From the IMG/VR virus record IMGVR_UViG_3300026097_001223, positions 1 to 64,000 of that record: a DNA stretch of 64,000 nucleotides; one strand, given 5' to 3'. The DNA comes from a virus. Under the pieces are notes generated by a model. That model ran no database searches, had not been told where the DNA came from, and saw nothing but the letters and a program-made list of their open reading frames with translations. Shown here piece after piece: positions 8,356-16,211 of the stretch (position 1 is the stretch's first letter; the number at the start of each line of letters is the position of its first letter). The position numbers and the translations under genes are program-made.

Positions 8356-9450
8356 ATGTTAGACGCCATGAACAATCTGCTAGACAGTGATTTGATTAAC
8401 GAGGAAACCAAGCAGGAAATAACCGAAGCTTGGGAAGCCAAGTTAAACGAAGCACGTGAACAAGCTCGTGTTGAACTTCGCGAGGAGTTTGCACAGAAAT
8501 ACGAGCACGATAAACAGGTTATGACTGAAGCTCTTGACGCCATGGTGACTGACACTCTCTCAGAAGAAATCAAGTCACTGCAAGCAGAAAGAGATGCGTT
8601 AGCCGAAGATCGTGTCAAGCAGATGAACACAATGAAGGAAGCAGCTGAACGCTTCGACAATTTCCTAGTAGGTAAACTAGCAGAAGAAATTGCCGAAGTT
8701 CGTCAGGATCGCAAGGTTCAAACAGAAGGTTTTGAAAAACTAGAACAGTTTGTAATCGAAGCACTTGCTGATGAAATTCGCGAATTCCAAGAAGACAAAA
8801 AAGACTTAGTAATGACCAAAGTGAACCTGGTAGCTGAAGCTAGAGAAAATCTAGAACAGTTAAAAGCTAACTTTGTTACAGAAAGTGCTAAGAAAATCAA
8901 AGACACTGTTGCAAAGCATCTTACTACAGAGATGACACAGTTAAAAGAAGACATCAAAGTTGCACGCGAAAACAACTTTGGTAGAAAGATTTTCGAAGCC
9001 TACTGTGAAGAGTTTGGTGCAACCTATCTCAATGAACACGCAGAAATACGTAAACTGCAAAGTTTAATTGCTGATAAAGATGCCAAGCTTCAAAAAGCAT
9101 TTGCACTTGCAGAAGATGCCAAGCATCTAGCAGAGCAAAAAGATCGTGAGATGCGCAGCCTCACTGAGTCCAACGAAAGAACAGAGACAATTGATCAACT
9201 ATTGGCTCCTCTTCAAAAGGACAAAGCTGAAGTTATGCGTAGCTTGCTGGAAAGCGTTCAGACGTCCCGACTCAAGAACGCTTTTGAAAAATATCTACCA
9301 GCTGTACTAGCAAAAGAATCAACGAAGAGCCGCAAAGTGATCGCTGAATCCACTGCTGAAGTGACTGGGGATAAAACTACTGCCCAAACGCAAGGTGACG
9401 ACACAGACCCAAGTAATGTTGTTGCTATCAAGCGTTTGGCAGGGCTTTAA
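8356..9450 (+). CDS. 22: Prohead core scaffold (gp22)
   Basis: Coiled-coil, E/K-rich, between gp21 and gp23. Confidence 0.85.
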   Translation: MLDAMNNLLDSDLINEETKQEITEAWEAKLNEAREQARVELREEFAQKYEHDKQVMTEALDAMVTDTLSEEIKSLQAERDALAEDRVKQMNTMKEAAERFDNFLVGKLAEEIAEVRQDRKVQTEGFEKLEQFVIEALADEIREFQEDKKDLVMTKVNLVAEARENLEQLKANFVTESAKKIKDTVAKHLTTEMTQLKEDIKVARENNFGRKIFEAYCEEFGATYLNEHAEIRKLQSLIADKDAKLQKAFALAEDAKHLAEQKDREMRSLTESNERTETIDQLLAPLQKDKAEVMRSLLESVQTSRLKNAFEKYLPAVLAKESTKSRKVIAESTAEVTGDKTTAQTQGDDTDPSNVVAIKRLAGL

Positions 9451-9476
9451 TTTTAGGACATAGGAGACTATAAAAA

Positions 9477-10670
9477 ATGTCACAAGAACTACTTGAAAGC
9501 CGTTGGGACGAAACCAAAGATGCCCTCCTAGAAGGCCTAAAAGGTTCCCGTCGCAACTCAATGGGTGTTATTCTAGAAAATACACGTAAGTATCTTCAAG
9601 AATCAAGTGCCGGTACTACTGTATCAGGTAACATCGCAACACTTAACCGTGTGATCCTTCCAGTGATCAGACGTGTAATGCCAACAGTAATTGCAAATGA
9701 GCTAGTTGGTGTTCAGCCAATGACTGGTCCTGTTGGTCAGATTCACACACTGCGTGTTCGTTATGCACAGAGCTTGACAGACAACAGTGCCGCTGCTACT
9801 TCAGTAACAGCTGGCGAAGAAGCACTATCACCATTCAAGATTGCACAAGCATATTCAACAGTACCAAATGCAACTGGCACAGCCAGCAGCTATACTGGTG
9901 CTAACACTGCTGCACTTGAAGGCGATGGCGGTAAGCAGATTTCAGTTCAAATCTTGAAGCAAGCAGTCGAAGCTAAGACTCGTAAGCTACAAGCACGTTG
10001 GACTTTTGAAGCAGCTCAAGATGCTCAAGCAATGCACGGCATTGACGTTGAAGCTGAAATCATGGCTGCACTTGCACAAGAAATCACTGCTGAAATCGAT
10101 CAAGAGATCCTACTAAGCTTGCGTAGCCTTGCTACTACAGAGTTTACATACAACCAAGCTACAGTATCAGGTACTGCTACTTTCGTTGGTGACGAGCATG
10201 CTGCACTAGCGGTTCTTATCAACCGTACAGCTAACTTGATTGCACAGCGTACACGTCGTGGTGCTGGTAACTATGCTGTTGTTTCACCTGCTGCACTTAC
10301 AGTGCTACAGAGTGCTACAACCAGTGCATTTGCTAGAACAACTGAAGGCACATTCGAAGCTCCAACTAACACCAAGTTTGTTGGTACACTCAACGGTGCA
10401 ATGCGTGTATTCTGCGATAGCTATGCTAACGACACTACACCAGTATTGGTTGGTTACAAAGGTTCAAGCGAAGCAGACGCTCCTGCATTCTACTGCCCGT
10501 ACATCCCATTGATGTCAAGCGGTGTTGTACTGGATCCAAGTTCGTTCGAGCCAGTAGTAAGCTTCATGACACGTTATGGTTATGTAGAACTTACTAACAC
10601 TGCATCATCTTTCGGTAATGCTGGAGATTACGTGGGTGAGATCGCAGTCTCGAATTTGAGCTTCTCATAA
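9477..10670 (+). CDS. 23: Major capsid protein (gp23)
   Basis: 'LIRR.MP..IA.ELVGVQPMTGP.GQI..LR..Y', 'KTRKLQARWT.EAAQD...HGID.EAE', 'FYCPYIPL'. Confidence 0.98.
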   Translation: MSQELLESRWDETKDALLEGLKGSRRNSMGVILENTRKYLQESSAGTTVSGNIATLNRVILPVIRRVMPTVIANELVGVQPMTGPVGQIHTLRVRYAQSLTDNSAAATSVTAGEEALSPFKIAQAYSTVPNATGTASSYTGANTAALEGDGGKQISVQILKQAVEAKTRKLQARWTFEAAQDAQAMHGIDVEAEIMAALAQEITAEIDQEILLSLRSLATTEFTYNQATVSGTATFVGDEHAALAVLINRTANLIAQRTRRGAGNYAVVSPAALTVLQSATTSAFARTTEGTFEAPTNTKFVGTLNGAMRVFCDSYANDTTPVLVGYKGSSEADAPAFYCPYIPLMSSGVVLDPSSFEPVVSFMTRYGYVELTNTASSFGNAGDYVGEIAVSNLSFS

Positions 10671-10696
10671 GTTCAGATTGGTTATCAACAACCACT

Positions 10697-10724
10697 AAAA
10701 ACAGGGCTTCGGCCCTGTTTTTTT
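10697..10724 (+). terminator. Intrinsic terminator after gp23
   Basis: AAAAACAGGGC-TTCG-GCCCTGTTTTTTT, cUUCGg tetraloop with U-tract. Confidence 0.9.
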
Positions 10725-10748
10725 ATGACTTCTTTTTGAAAAAAAGGT

Positions 10749-10777
10749 TGACCAAAAGCAGTAAAACGGTTATACTA
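10749..10777 (+). promoter_or_regulatory. sigma70-type early promoter
   Basis: TTGACC-N17-TATACT. Confidence 0.85.
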
Positions 10778-10807
10778 ACAGTATAGAAACTTAAGAGAGT
10801 TAGTATC

Positions 10808-11029
10808 ATGAAAACATTTAAATTTGCAGTGCCCACTAACAGTGTTTTTGTTGATGAGTTTGCTAAAGCAAACGATATTAAAATAGCAACAGCCAGATAT
10901 CATTTAGAAAAAATGTTGCGAGCAGGTGTTCTTTCAAAAGAAATTGAAATGTTCGAAGAAGAAATGCCCTACTACAATCCAATGCACACTCATACATTTG
11001 TGCATAGAGCAGTTTATTCTCCAGTATAA
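10808..11029 (+). CDS. Hypothetical early protein, possible small HTH/wHTH
   Basis: 73 aa after an early promoter. 'FVDEFAKANDIKIATARYHLEKMLRAGVL' is wHTH-like. Confidence 0.6.
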   Translation: MKTFKFAVPTNSVFVDEFAKANDIKIATARYHLEKMLRAGVLSKEIEMFEEEMPYYNPMHTHTFVHRAVYSPV

Positions 11030-11034
11030 AAAGG

Positions 11035-11063
11035 TTGACCAAAATTTTCTTTTTGGTTATAAT
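11035..11063 (+). promoter_or_regulatory. sigma70-type early promoter
   Basis: TTGACC-N17-TATAAT. Confidence 0.88.
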
Positions 11064-11090
11064 ATAAAAACAATCAAAAAGGAGCCTGTT

Positions 11091-11333
11091 ATGTCAAACA
11101 CTGTTTTAATCACGGAACCGGGTCTTACATCGTTCATGCTAGCACAGCGTTTTACGCCAGCTGCATTACAGCGTGTGTGTGCGGAAAATAATTTTGTGCC
11201 CCACCAGGATTTTGCCTATGCATCTTATACTGCACAGTTGCACAAACAACTCAAAAAACAAGCACTGCGTACTGCAAGCCCTGCTTTTACTAAAACGGAA
11301 GCCCTGCAACTTGTAACCAATATTAACAAATAA
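11091..11333 (+). CDS. Hypothetical early protein (80 aa; start revised from the track's 10926)
   Basis: SD AGGAG 7 nt before ATG 11091, and the promoter lies inside the longer track ORF. Confidence 0.7.
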   Translation: MSNTVLITEPGLTSFMLAQRFTPAALQRVCAENNFVPHQDFAYASYTAQLHKQLKKQALRTASPAFTKTEALQLVTNINK

Positions 11334-11351
11334 TTGTTTCATTTGTTGTCG

Positions 11352-11383
11352 TGCACACTAAAGTCTTTAGTGTGCATTTTTTT
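11352..11383 (+). terminator. Intrinsic terminator
   Basis: TGCACACTAAA-GTC-TTTAGTGTGCA followed by T7. Confidence 0.85.
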
Positions 11384-11388
11384 GTCAT

Positions 11389-11417
11389 AAAAAAAGCAGG
11401 ATCTAGTCCTGCTTTTT
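11389..11417 (-). terminator. Intrinsic terminator, probably bidirectional
   Basis: AAAAAGCAGGA-TCTAG-TCCTGCTTTTT. Confidence 0.8.
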
Positions 11418-11433
11418 ATAAATATTCTTCATG

Positions 11434-11817
11434 TCAGTCGATTACACCTTTATCTTTAGCATATTGATAATTAATTTTATAATATACAATCATTAAATCA
11501 GGGTCAACTAATGTATGAATTATACTAAAACTTTCTAGGTCTGCCCAAATATTAGTTCCATCTTCTGTAACCACTAAATCTCCGTCGACTATAGCTTCTT
11601 GCTCTAGCTCAGCAATGGCATTTTTTGCTTGTGTAAATTTTTTAATTTGATCACTGTTTAGATTTTTAACACACCAATCATGAAAAAGTGCTGGATTAAA
11701 ATCGTTTGGTGGAAAGATTTTAATTTCTCCTGTGTCGTTGTTTGTTTCAACATTCAACCAAGGTAATACCGTTGATCTAGCAGTATGTAAGTTGATGTTG
11801 TCTAAATCTATAGCCAT
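11434..11817 (-). CDS. Hypothetical protein, AT-rich (start revised to 11817)
   Basis: SD AGGAG before ATG GCT. Minus-strand TAAATA at 11840-11845. Confidence 0.65.
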   Translation of the reverse strand: MAIDLDNINLHTARSTVLPWLNVETNNDTGEIKIFPPNDFNPALFHDWCVKNLNSDQIKKFTQAKNAIAELEQEAIVDGDLVVTEDGTNIWADLESFSIIHTLVDPDLMIVYYKINYQYAKDKGVID

Positions 11818-11853
11818 TTTTATATTCTCCTGATGCAATTATTTATGAAAATC

Positions 11854-11861
11854 TATAAATA
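11854..11861 (+). promoter_or_regulatory. T4-type late promoter
   Basis: Exact TATAAATA, divergent from the minus-strand TAAATA at 11840-11845. Confidence 0.8.
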
Positions 11862-11944
11862 CATGCAAGCAATAGTGCTTTATGCAGTTTTACCCACTGC
11901 GTAGCCCCTGGAACGGGCACTGGACTTCTATGAGGAGAAACAAA

Positions 11945-12433
11945 ATGGGACGTCCCCTTAAGATTGCTAAAACAGCAACAAAAGATATTGGCTTTAACAA
12001 CCCAACAGGCGGTAGTTACTACGGCGTTGTTGGAGGTGACACTGATCTCAGTGATAACACCAATCCTGTAACCAAGGTCCGTGTAAAAATCACAGGCGAA
12101 AGCGAAGCAGACGGATTTATCATTCGTCAAAAAGGCAAGACCAAGTATCTTGTCGAAGATGCCAGCGGCAACCAAGGCATCTGCAGCCTAGCCAACAAAG
12201 CTGACGCAGCTCTAGCAGACGGTGAAATGACTGTGACAATACGCTTGGATGATTCAAGCGAAGTCAGGCTAAGCAGATTTACAAACAAGTTTGGATTAGA
12301 CTATTCCACTCCTGCAAACAGATACTTGCTCAACTTCTTTGCTACCAGCGATGACACAGTTGAAAAATCTGGTGCAGAAGGATCTGTTACCACAATTGAT
12401 CTAGTGTTAGTTGATAACCCAGACACATTCTAA
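11945..12433 (+). CDS. Putative virion structural protein (MGRPLKIAK...; start revised from 11882)
   Basis: SD GAGGAG before ATG 11945, own late promoter and own terminator. 'IIRQKGKTKYLV' beta-rich sequence. Confidence 0.7.
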   Translation: MGRPLKIAKTATKDIGFNNPTGGSYYGVVGGDTDLSDNTNPVTKVRVKITGESEADGFIIRQKGKTKYLVEDASGNQGICSLANKADAALADGEMTVTIRLDDSSEVRLSRFTNKFGLDYSTPANRYLLNFFATSDDTVEKSGAEGSVTTIDLVLVDNPDTF

Positions 12434-12448
12434 TATAATTGCCCAATG

Positions 12449-12479
12449 CCCTCTCTGCTAATTACAGAGAGGGTTTTTT
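12449..12479 (+). terminator. Intrinsic terminator
   Basis: CCCTCTCTG-CTAATTA-CAGAGAGGG-TTTTTT. Confidence 0.85.
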
Positions 12480-13064
12480 ATGAATTCAGCACTTGTTTTA
12501 GGAAATGGTCAGAGTAGACTACAGTTAGACTTGGATCAATGTATCAGTCGTCTTCCAGTTTATGGATGTAATGCTCTCTACAGAGACTTTTCGCCTACAG
12601 TTTTAGTAGCAACAGATCGGCCAATAGCAGAAGAAATACAAAATTCCGGGTACAGCAGGCACAATCGTTTTTATACTCGACGTCCCCTAGAAGGATCCGG
12701 TGCCTGCGTTGTTCCTACTCAATGGAAAGGCTGGAGCAGCGGACCTATTGCGGCTGCCTTGGCCTGTGTTGATGGTTACAGTGTTGTTTATCTTGCAGGA
12801 TTTGACATGGGCGGCGTAAATGGACAATTCAACAATGTGTATGCTGATACAGAATTTTACAAACAGAGCACGGACAAACCCACGTTCAGTGGCAATTGGG
12901 CAAGACAGTTTGCCAGCCTATGCGAACAGTATCCTGGAGTTGAATTTACAAGACTTGTTGGAGACTCTACAGCACCAATTGAACAGTTTGATCGAATAAA
13001 AAACTTCTCACACTTGCCGATTGACCATTTTCAAAGCCGGCTAAATAACAATGGAGACATATAG
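12480..13064 (+). CDS. GT42(CstII)/Maf/MptE-like Rossmann-fold protein, putative CMP-sugar glycosyltransferase
   Basis: 'VLGNGQS', 'YGCNALY' and 'SSGPIAAALACVDGYSVVYLAGFD' match CstII 'AGNGPS..RCNQFY..TSGVYM.AVAIALGYKEIYLSGID'. Confidence 0.7.
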   Translation: MNSALVLGNGQSRLQLDLDQCISRLPVYGCNALYRDFSPTVLVATDRPIAEEIQNSGYSRHNRFYTRRPLEGSGACVVPTQWKGWSSGPIAAALACVDGYSVVYLAGFDMGGVNGQFNNVYADTEFYKQSTDKPTFSGNWARQFASLCEQYPGVEFTRLVGDSTAPIEQFDRIKNFSHLPIDHFQSRLNNNGDI

Positions 13065-13709
13065 ATGAGCACAACCAAAAGAATTTCAGGCGATTATAAC
13101 ATTGCCAGCATTGAGCCCAGTGACAACGTTGTTATTAGCACACACACTGTGACCATAAACGGTAACCTTGATGTACTGGGTAATACCACACAAATTGACA
13201 CCACTGAGCTTACTGTAGAAGATCCGTTTATTACTGTGGCCTCTAACAACACTGGCAATTTATCAACTGCACTGTTTCAAGAGCAAGGCTTGGTTACGCA
13301 GAGTTCTTCGAATTCTTTTGCCGGCATAAGGTTTAACAATTCCACAGAAGAATGGGAAATATCGCCAAGCGTAGCTGCCAATGGTGCTCCGGTTACAGCG
13401 TATCAACCAATCGGGTTAGCAAATGCAGCCAGTCCAGGTGGCGATATCAATGATATTCAGTTTAAAGCCGGTGCAAACAGTTTTGGCGGCAACAGTAATT
13501 TTACGTTCAATGGATCAGACACAGTGACACTCACTGGACAGTTGGTGTATGCTAACATTGGTTCAACGCCTGGTGCTACTGCCAATGCAGTTACACTGTA
13601 CAGCAAAGCAGAAGGCGAAGGCGGTACTGGCGTGTATGTAAAGTCAAACACTGCCGACGACGAATTGGTCAGTCGCAGTAGAGCAATTGTATATTCAATA
13701 ATATTTTAA
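13065..13709 (+). CDS. Fibre/baseplate-associated structural protein
   Basis: 'GNLDVLGNTTQIDTTELTVEDPFITV' module shared with the fibre genes. 'PGGDINDIQFK' motif. Confidence 0.65.
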   Translation: MSTTKRISGDYNIASIEPSDNVVISTHTVTINGNLDVLGNTTQIDTTELTVEDPFITVASNNTGNLSTALFQEQGLVTQSSSNSFAGIRFNNSTEEWEISPSVAANGAPVTAYQPIGLANAASPGGDINDIQFKAGANSFGGNSNFTFNGSDTVTLTGQLVYANIGSTPGATANAVTLYSKAEGEGGTGVYVKSNTADDELVSRSRAIVYSIIF

Positions 13710-13718
13710 AGGAATCAT

Positions 13719-14033
13719 ATGAGTATAATCACAGGCAACGTAGGCAACACCAACACCGACGTATACACAAGTTCAGGAAACACAGCAGTTACATTTGCCA
13801 GTTTTACCAGCAGTCACGGCAGTGCCGTAGCATTGGATATCCATGTGGTACCAAATGGCGACAGCGCGGGCAATGTTAATTTAATTGCTAATTCTATTGA
13901 CATGACAGCATCTGAAACTTATCAAATTTATTCAGGAGCTGAAAAACTGCTATTGGAAAACGGCGACAAAATCACTGCTGTGGCTAATGTAGATGCAGTA
14001 ATTCACAGTGTGATCAGCTATACGTCGGTATAA
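13719..14033 (+). CDS. Small beta-rich structural protein
   Basis: 104 aa. 'HVVPNGDSAGNVN...EKLLLENGDKI' pattern, in the fibre operon. Confidence 0.55.
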   Translation: MSIITGNVGNTNTDVYTSSGNTAVTFASFTSSHGSAVALDIHVVPNGDSAGNVNLIANSIDMTASETYQIYSGAEKLLLENGDKITAVANVDAVIHSVISYTSV

Positions 14034-14039
14034 TCCTCA

Positions 14040-14462
14040 ATGGGTTCAGGTGTTTTTCTAAAAAATAGACGAGCAAGAAATGGCGGCGGTACTGCTATTG
14101 TAGTTCCTGGTGGAAGCACCGCAGAACGTCCAGTTGCTCCGGTGTTTGGTAGTTTTAGATTCAACACGGACCTTGGGTTGTTGGAATTTTTTGATGGTAC
14201 ACTTTTTCAGGCATTAACTCCAGTTGGGGAAGTTGATATTGTGGTTGATACATTCACAGGTGATGGCTTCACTGTAACATTCTCAATGTCTGTGAATGCC
14301 ACAGACGATGAGCAGATACTGGTGTTTGTTGGTGCTATATATCAAAATCCAAGCTCTTACAGTGTCACCGGTGATGGCAACGATATCACATTCTCAGAAG
14401 CTCCTCCAGCATCAGAAACTATTAACGTTATACACAATGTAGCCAAAATAGGAACTTCGTAA
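14040..14462 (+). CDS. Fibre-associated protein
   Basis: 'VPGGSTAERP...GSFRFNTD' and 'DTFTGDG..TF...LVFVG.IYQ.P..YSV.G..ITFSEAP' modules, repeated in the next two genes. Confidence 0.65.
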   Translation: MGSGVFLKNRRARNGGGTAIVVPGGSTAERPVAPVFGSFRFNTDLGLLEFFDGTLFQALTPVGEVDIVVDTFTGDGFTVTFSMSVNATDDEQILVFVGAIYQNPSSYSVTGDGNDITFSEAPPASETINVIHNVAKIGTS

Positions 14463-16114
14463 TGGCTATTATACGTGTTGGCGGTAAAATGCTGCAGGAT
14501 AATCTCGAAAGAGACAGTGATCTTGCTGTAGAAGGTAATCTTCTTTACATCGATGTAAACAACAGCAGAGTTGGCATTCGCACAAGCTCTCCTAGCCACG
14601 ACTTCACAGTTGTTGGAACCACAAATCTTGATGGTGTCTTGGTCAACAACAACAGTATCAATGCATCAGGTAACATCACAGGCGGCAACTTAATTACTGG
14701 TGGCGACATTTCAGCAGTCACAGTTACAGCAACTGGTAATGTTGAAGGTGGTAATTTAACCACTGCTGGTGATGTAACAACAACTACTGTCACAGCAACT
14801 GGCAATATAAGCGGCGGAAATTTAACCACAACTGGCACTGTGAGTGCACCTACTGCAATTGTTAGTTCTCTCACAGATGGACGTATTGTTTTTGCTACAA
14901 CCAACGGTGAATTAACAGATGATGCTGGACTAACAACCACTGGCACAACTCTTACTGCAACTGGTAACGTTGAAGGTGGTAATCTTGTAACAGCGGGAGA
15001 CGTAGACGCTGCCACTGGCACTATCACTGATTTAGATGGCGATACAGCCACATTTACAGGCAACGTTGAAGGCGGTAATCTTGTTACAAACGGCGATGTA
15101 ACAACAACTACTGTCACAGCAAGTGGTAATGTAAGTGGCGGAAACTTAACCACAGCAGGTGATGTAACAGCTGCTACTGGCACTATCACTGATTTAGATG
15201 GCGATACAGCCACATTTACAGGTAATGTAAGTGGAGGTAACATCTCTACAGCAGGTGATGTAGATTCTACCGGTAATATAACTGGCGGAAATTTAAACAC
15301 TAGTGGCACAATAGAAGCTGGGAATATCACAGTTTCTGGATCAACTATTCTCAGCGATGCAAATTTAACTCTTGCTACAAGCAACAACGGCAATATTGAG
15401 TTTGATATCAACGGCAACGGTATTGCAAGTTTTAATTCTACCAGCAGTATGACTTTGCCTACGGGTAATACTGCTGCAAGACCTGCAAGTCCAGACACAG
15501 GTTCATTACGCTTCAACAGCGAAACCAGTACACTGGAATATTATGACGGCGAAGATTGGAGTGACGTAAGCGAAAGTAGTACTATTACCAGTCAAATTAT
15601 TATACCAGATGGCAGCTCCAGTGAATATTCTCTAGATCAAAGCACAACCGAAGACTCGATTTTGGTTCAGCTCAACGGTGTTGGACAATATCCTGGCAAT
15701 GCATACTCAGTTGCTGGCAACACTATTACTTTTTCAGAAACACCTACTACAAACGATTTAGTTGAAATACGCTTTTTCGGAGTACCATTCCGACCAACAG
15801 ACGGCAGATTGCTTTACAGTACTGATCAGTCAGCTAGCACTATTGATATTACAAAAGCTATTGCTGTGCTAGATGGACCAGACACTGTATACACCCTTCC
15901 GGATGGACTAGACGGTCAATTATTATATTGTACACCAGGGTCTGGGAATACTGCAAATGTACAAGTTACTGTGCAAAATTTTTGCAGTGCATCTGGAACT
16001 ACTTCAGCTAACACAGTAATAAATGCCTTTGGCGGCACCAACGATTGGCAGGAAACTGGTGTTCTCACCTGCTTGTTTTACAGTGGATCCTGGCGTATAA
16101 GCAAGCAAAACTAG
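14462..16114 (+). CDS. Tail fibre-like protein with about 8 TGNVxGGN repeats
   Basis: 550 aa, repeats plus the 'LPTGNTAARP..GSLRFN' module. Confidence 0.75.
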   Translation: MAIIRVGGKMLQDNLERDSDLAVEGNLLYIDVNNSRVGIRTSSPSHDFTVVGTTNLDGVLVNNNSINASGNITGGNLITGGDISAVTVTATGNVEGGNLTTAGDVTTTTVTATGNISGGNLTTTGTVSAPTAIVSSLTDGRIVFATTNGELTDDAGLTTTGTTLTATGNVEGGNLVTAGDVDAATGTITDLDGDTATFTGNVEGGNLVTNGDVTTTTVTASGNVSGGNLTTAGDVTAATGTITDLDGDTATFTGNVSGGNISTAGDVDSTGNITGGNLNTSGTIEAGNITVSGSTILSDANLTLATSNNGNIEFDINGNGIASFNSTSSMTLPTGNTAARPASPDTGSLRFNSETSTLEYYDGEDWSDVSESSTITSQIIIPDGSSSEYSLDQSTTEDSILVQLNGVGQYPGNAYSVAGNTITFSETPTTNDLVEIRFFGVPFRPTDGRLLYSTDQSASTIDITKAIAVLDGPDTVYTLPDGLDGQLLYCTPGSGNTANVQVTVQNFCSASGTTSANTVINAFGGTNDWQETGVLTCLFYSGSWRISKQN

Positions 16115-16166
16115 GTTTTTGCTACAATAAAATAATATCCAAAACCAACCTGCTCCAGTGCTCTTT

Positions 16167-16202
16167 CTTGAATTTTGGTAAATACTATCCGTAATTCAAG
16201 GA
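16167..16202 (+). promoter_or_regulatory. Late promoter TAAATA (16179-16184) inside an inverted repeat that overlaps the SD
   Basis: CTTGAATT...TAAATA...AATTCAAG; SD AAGGA at 16198-16202. Confidence 0.6.
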
Positions 16203-16211
16203 ATTCATCAT

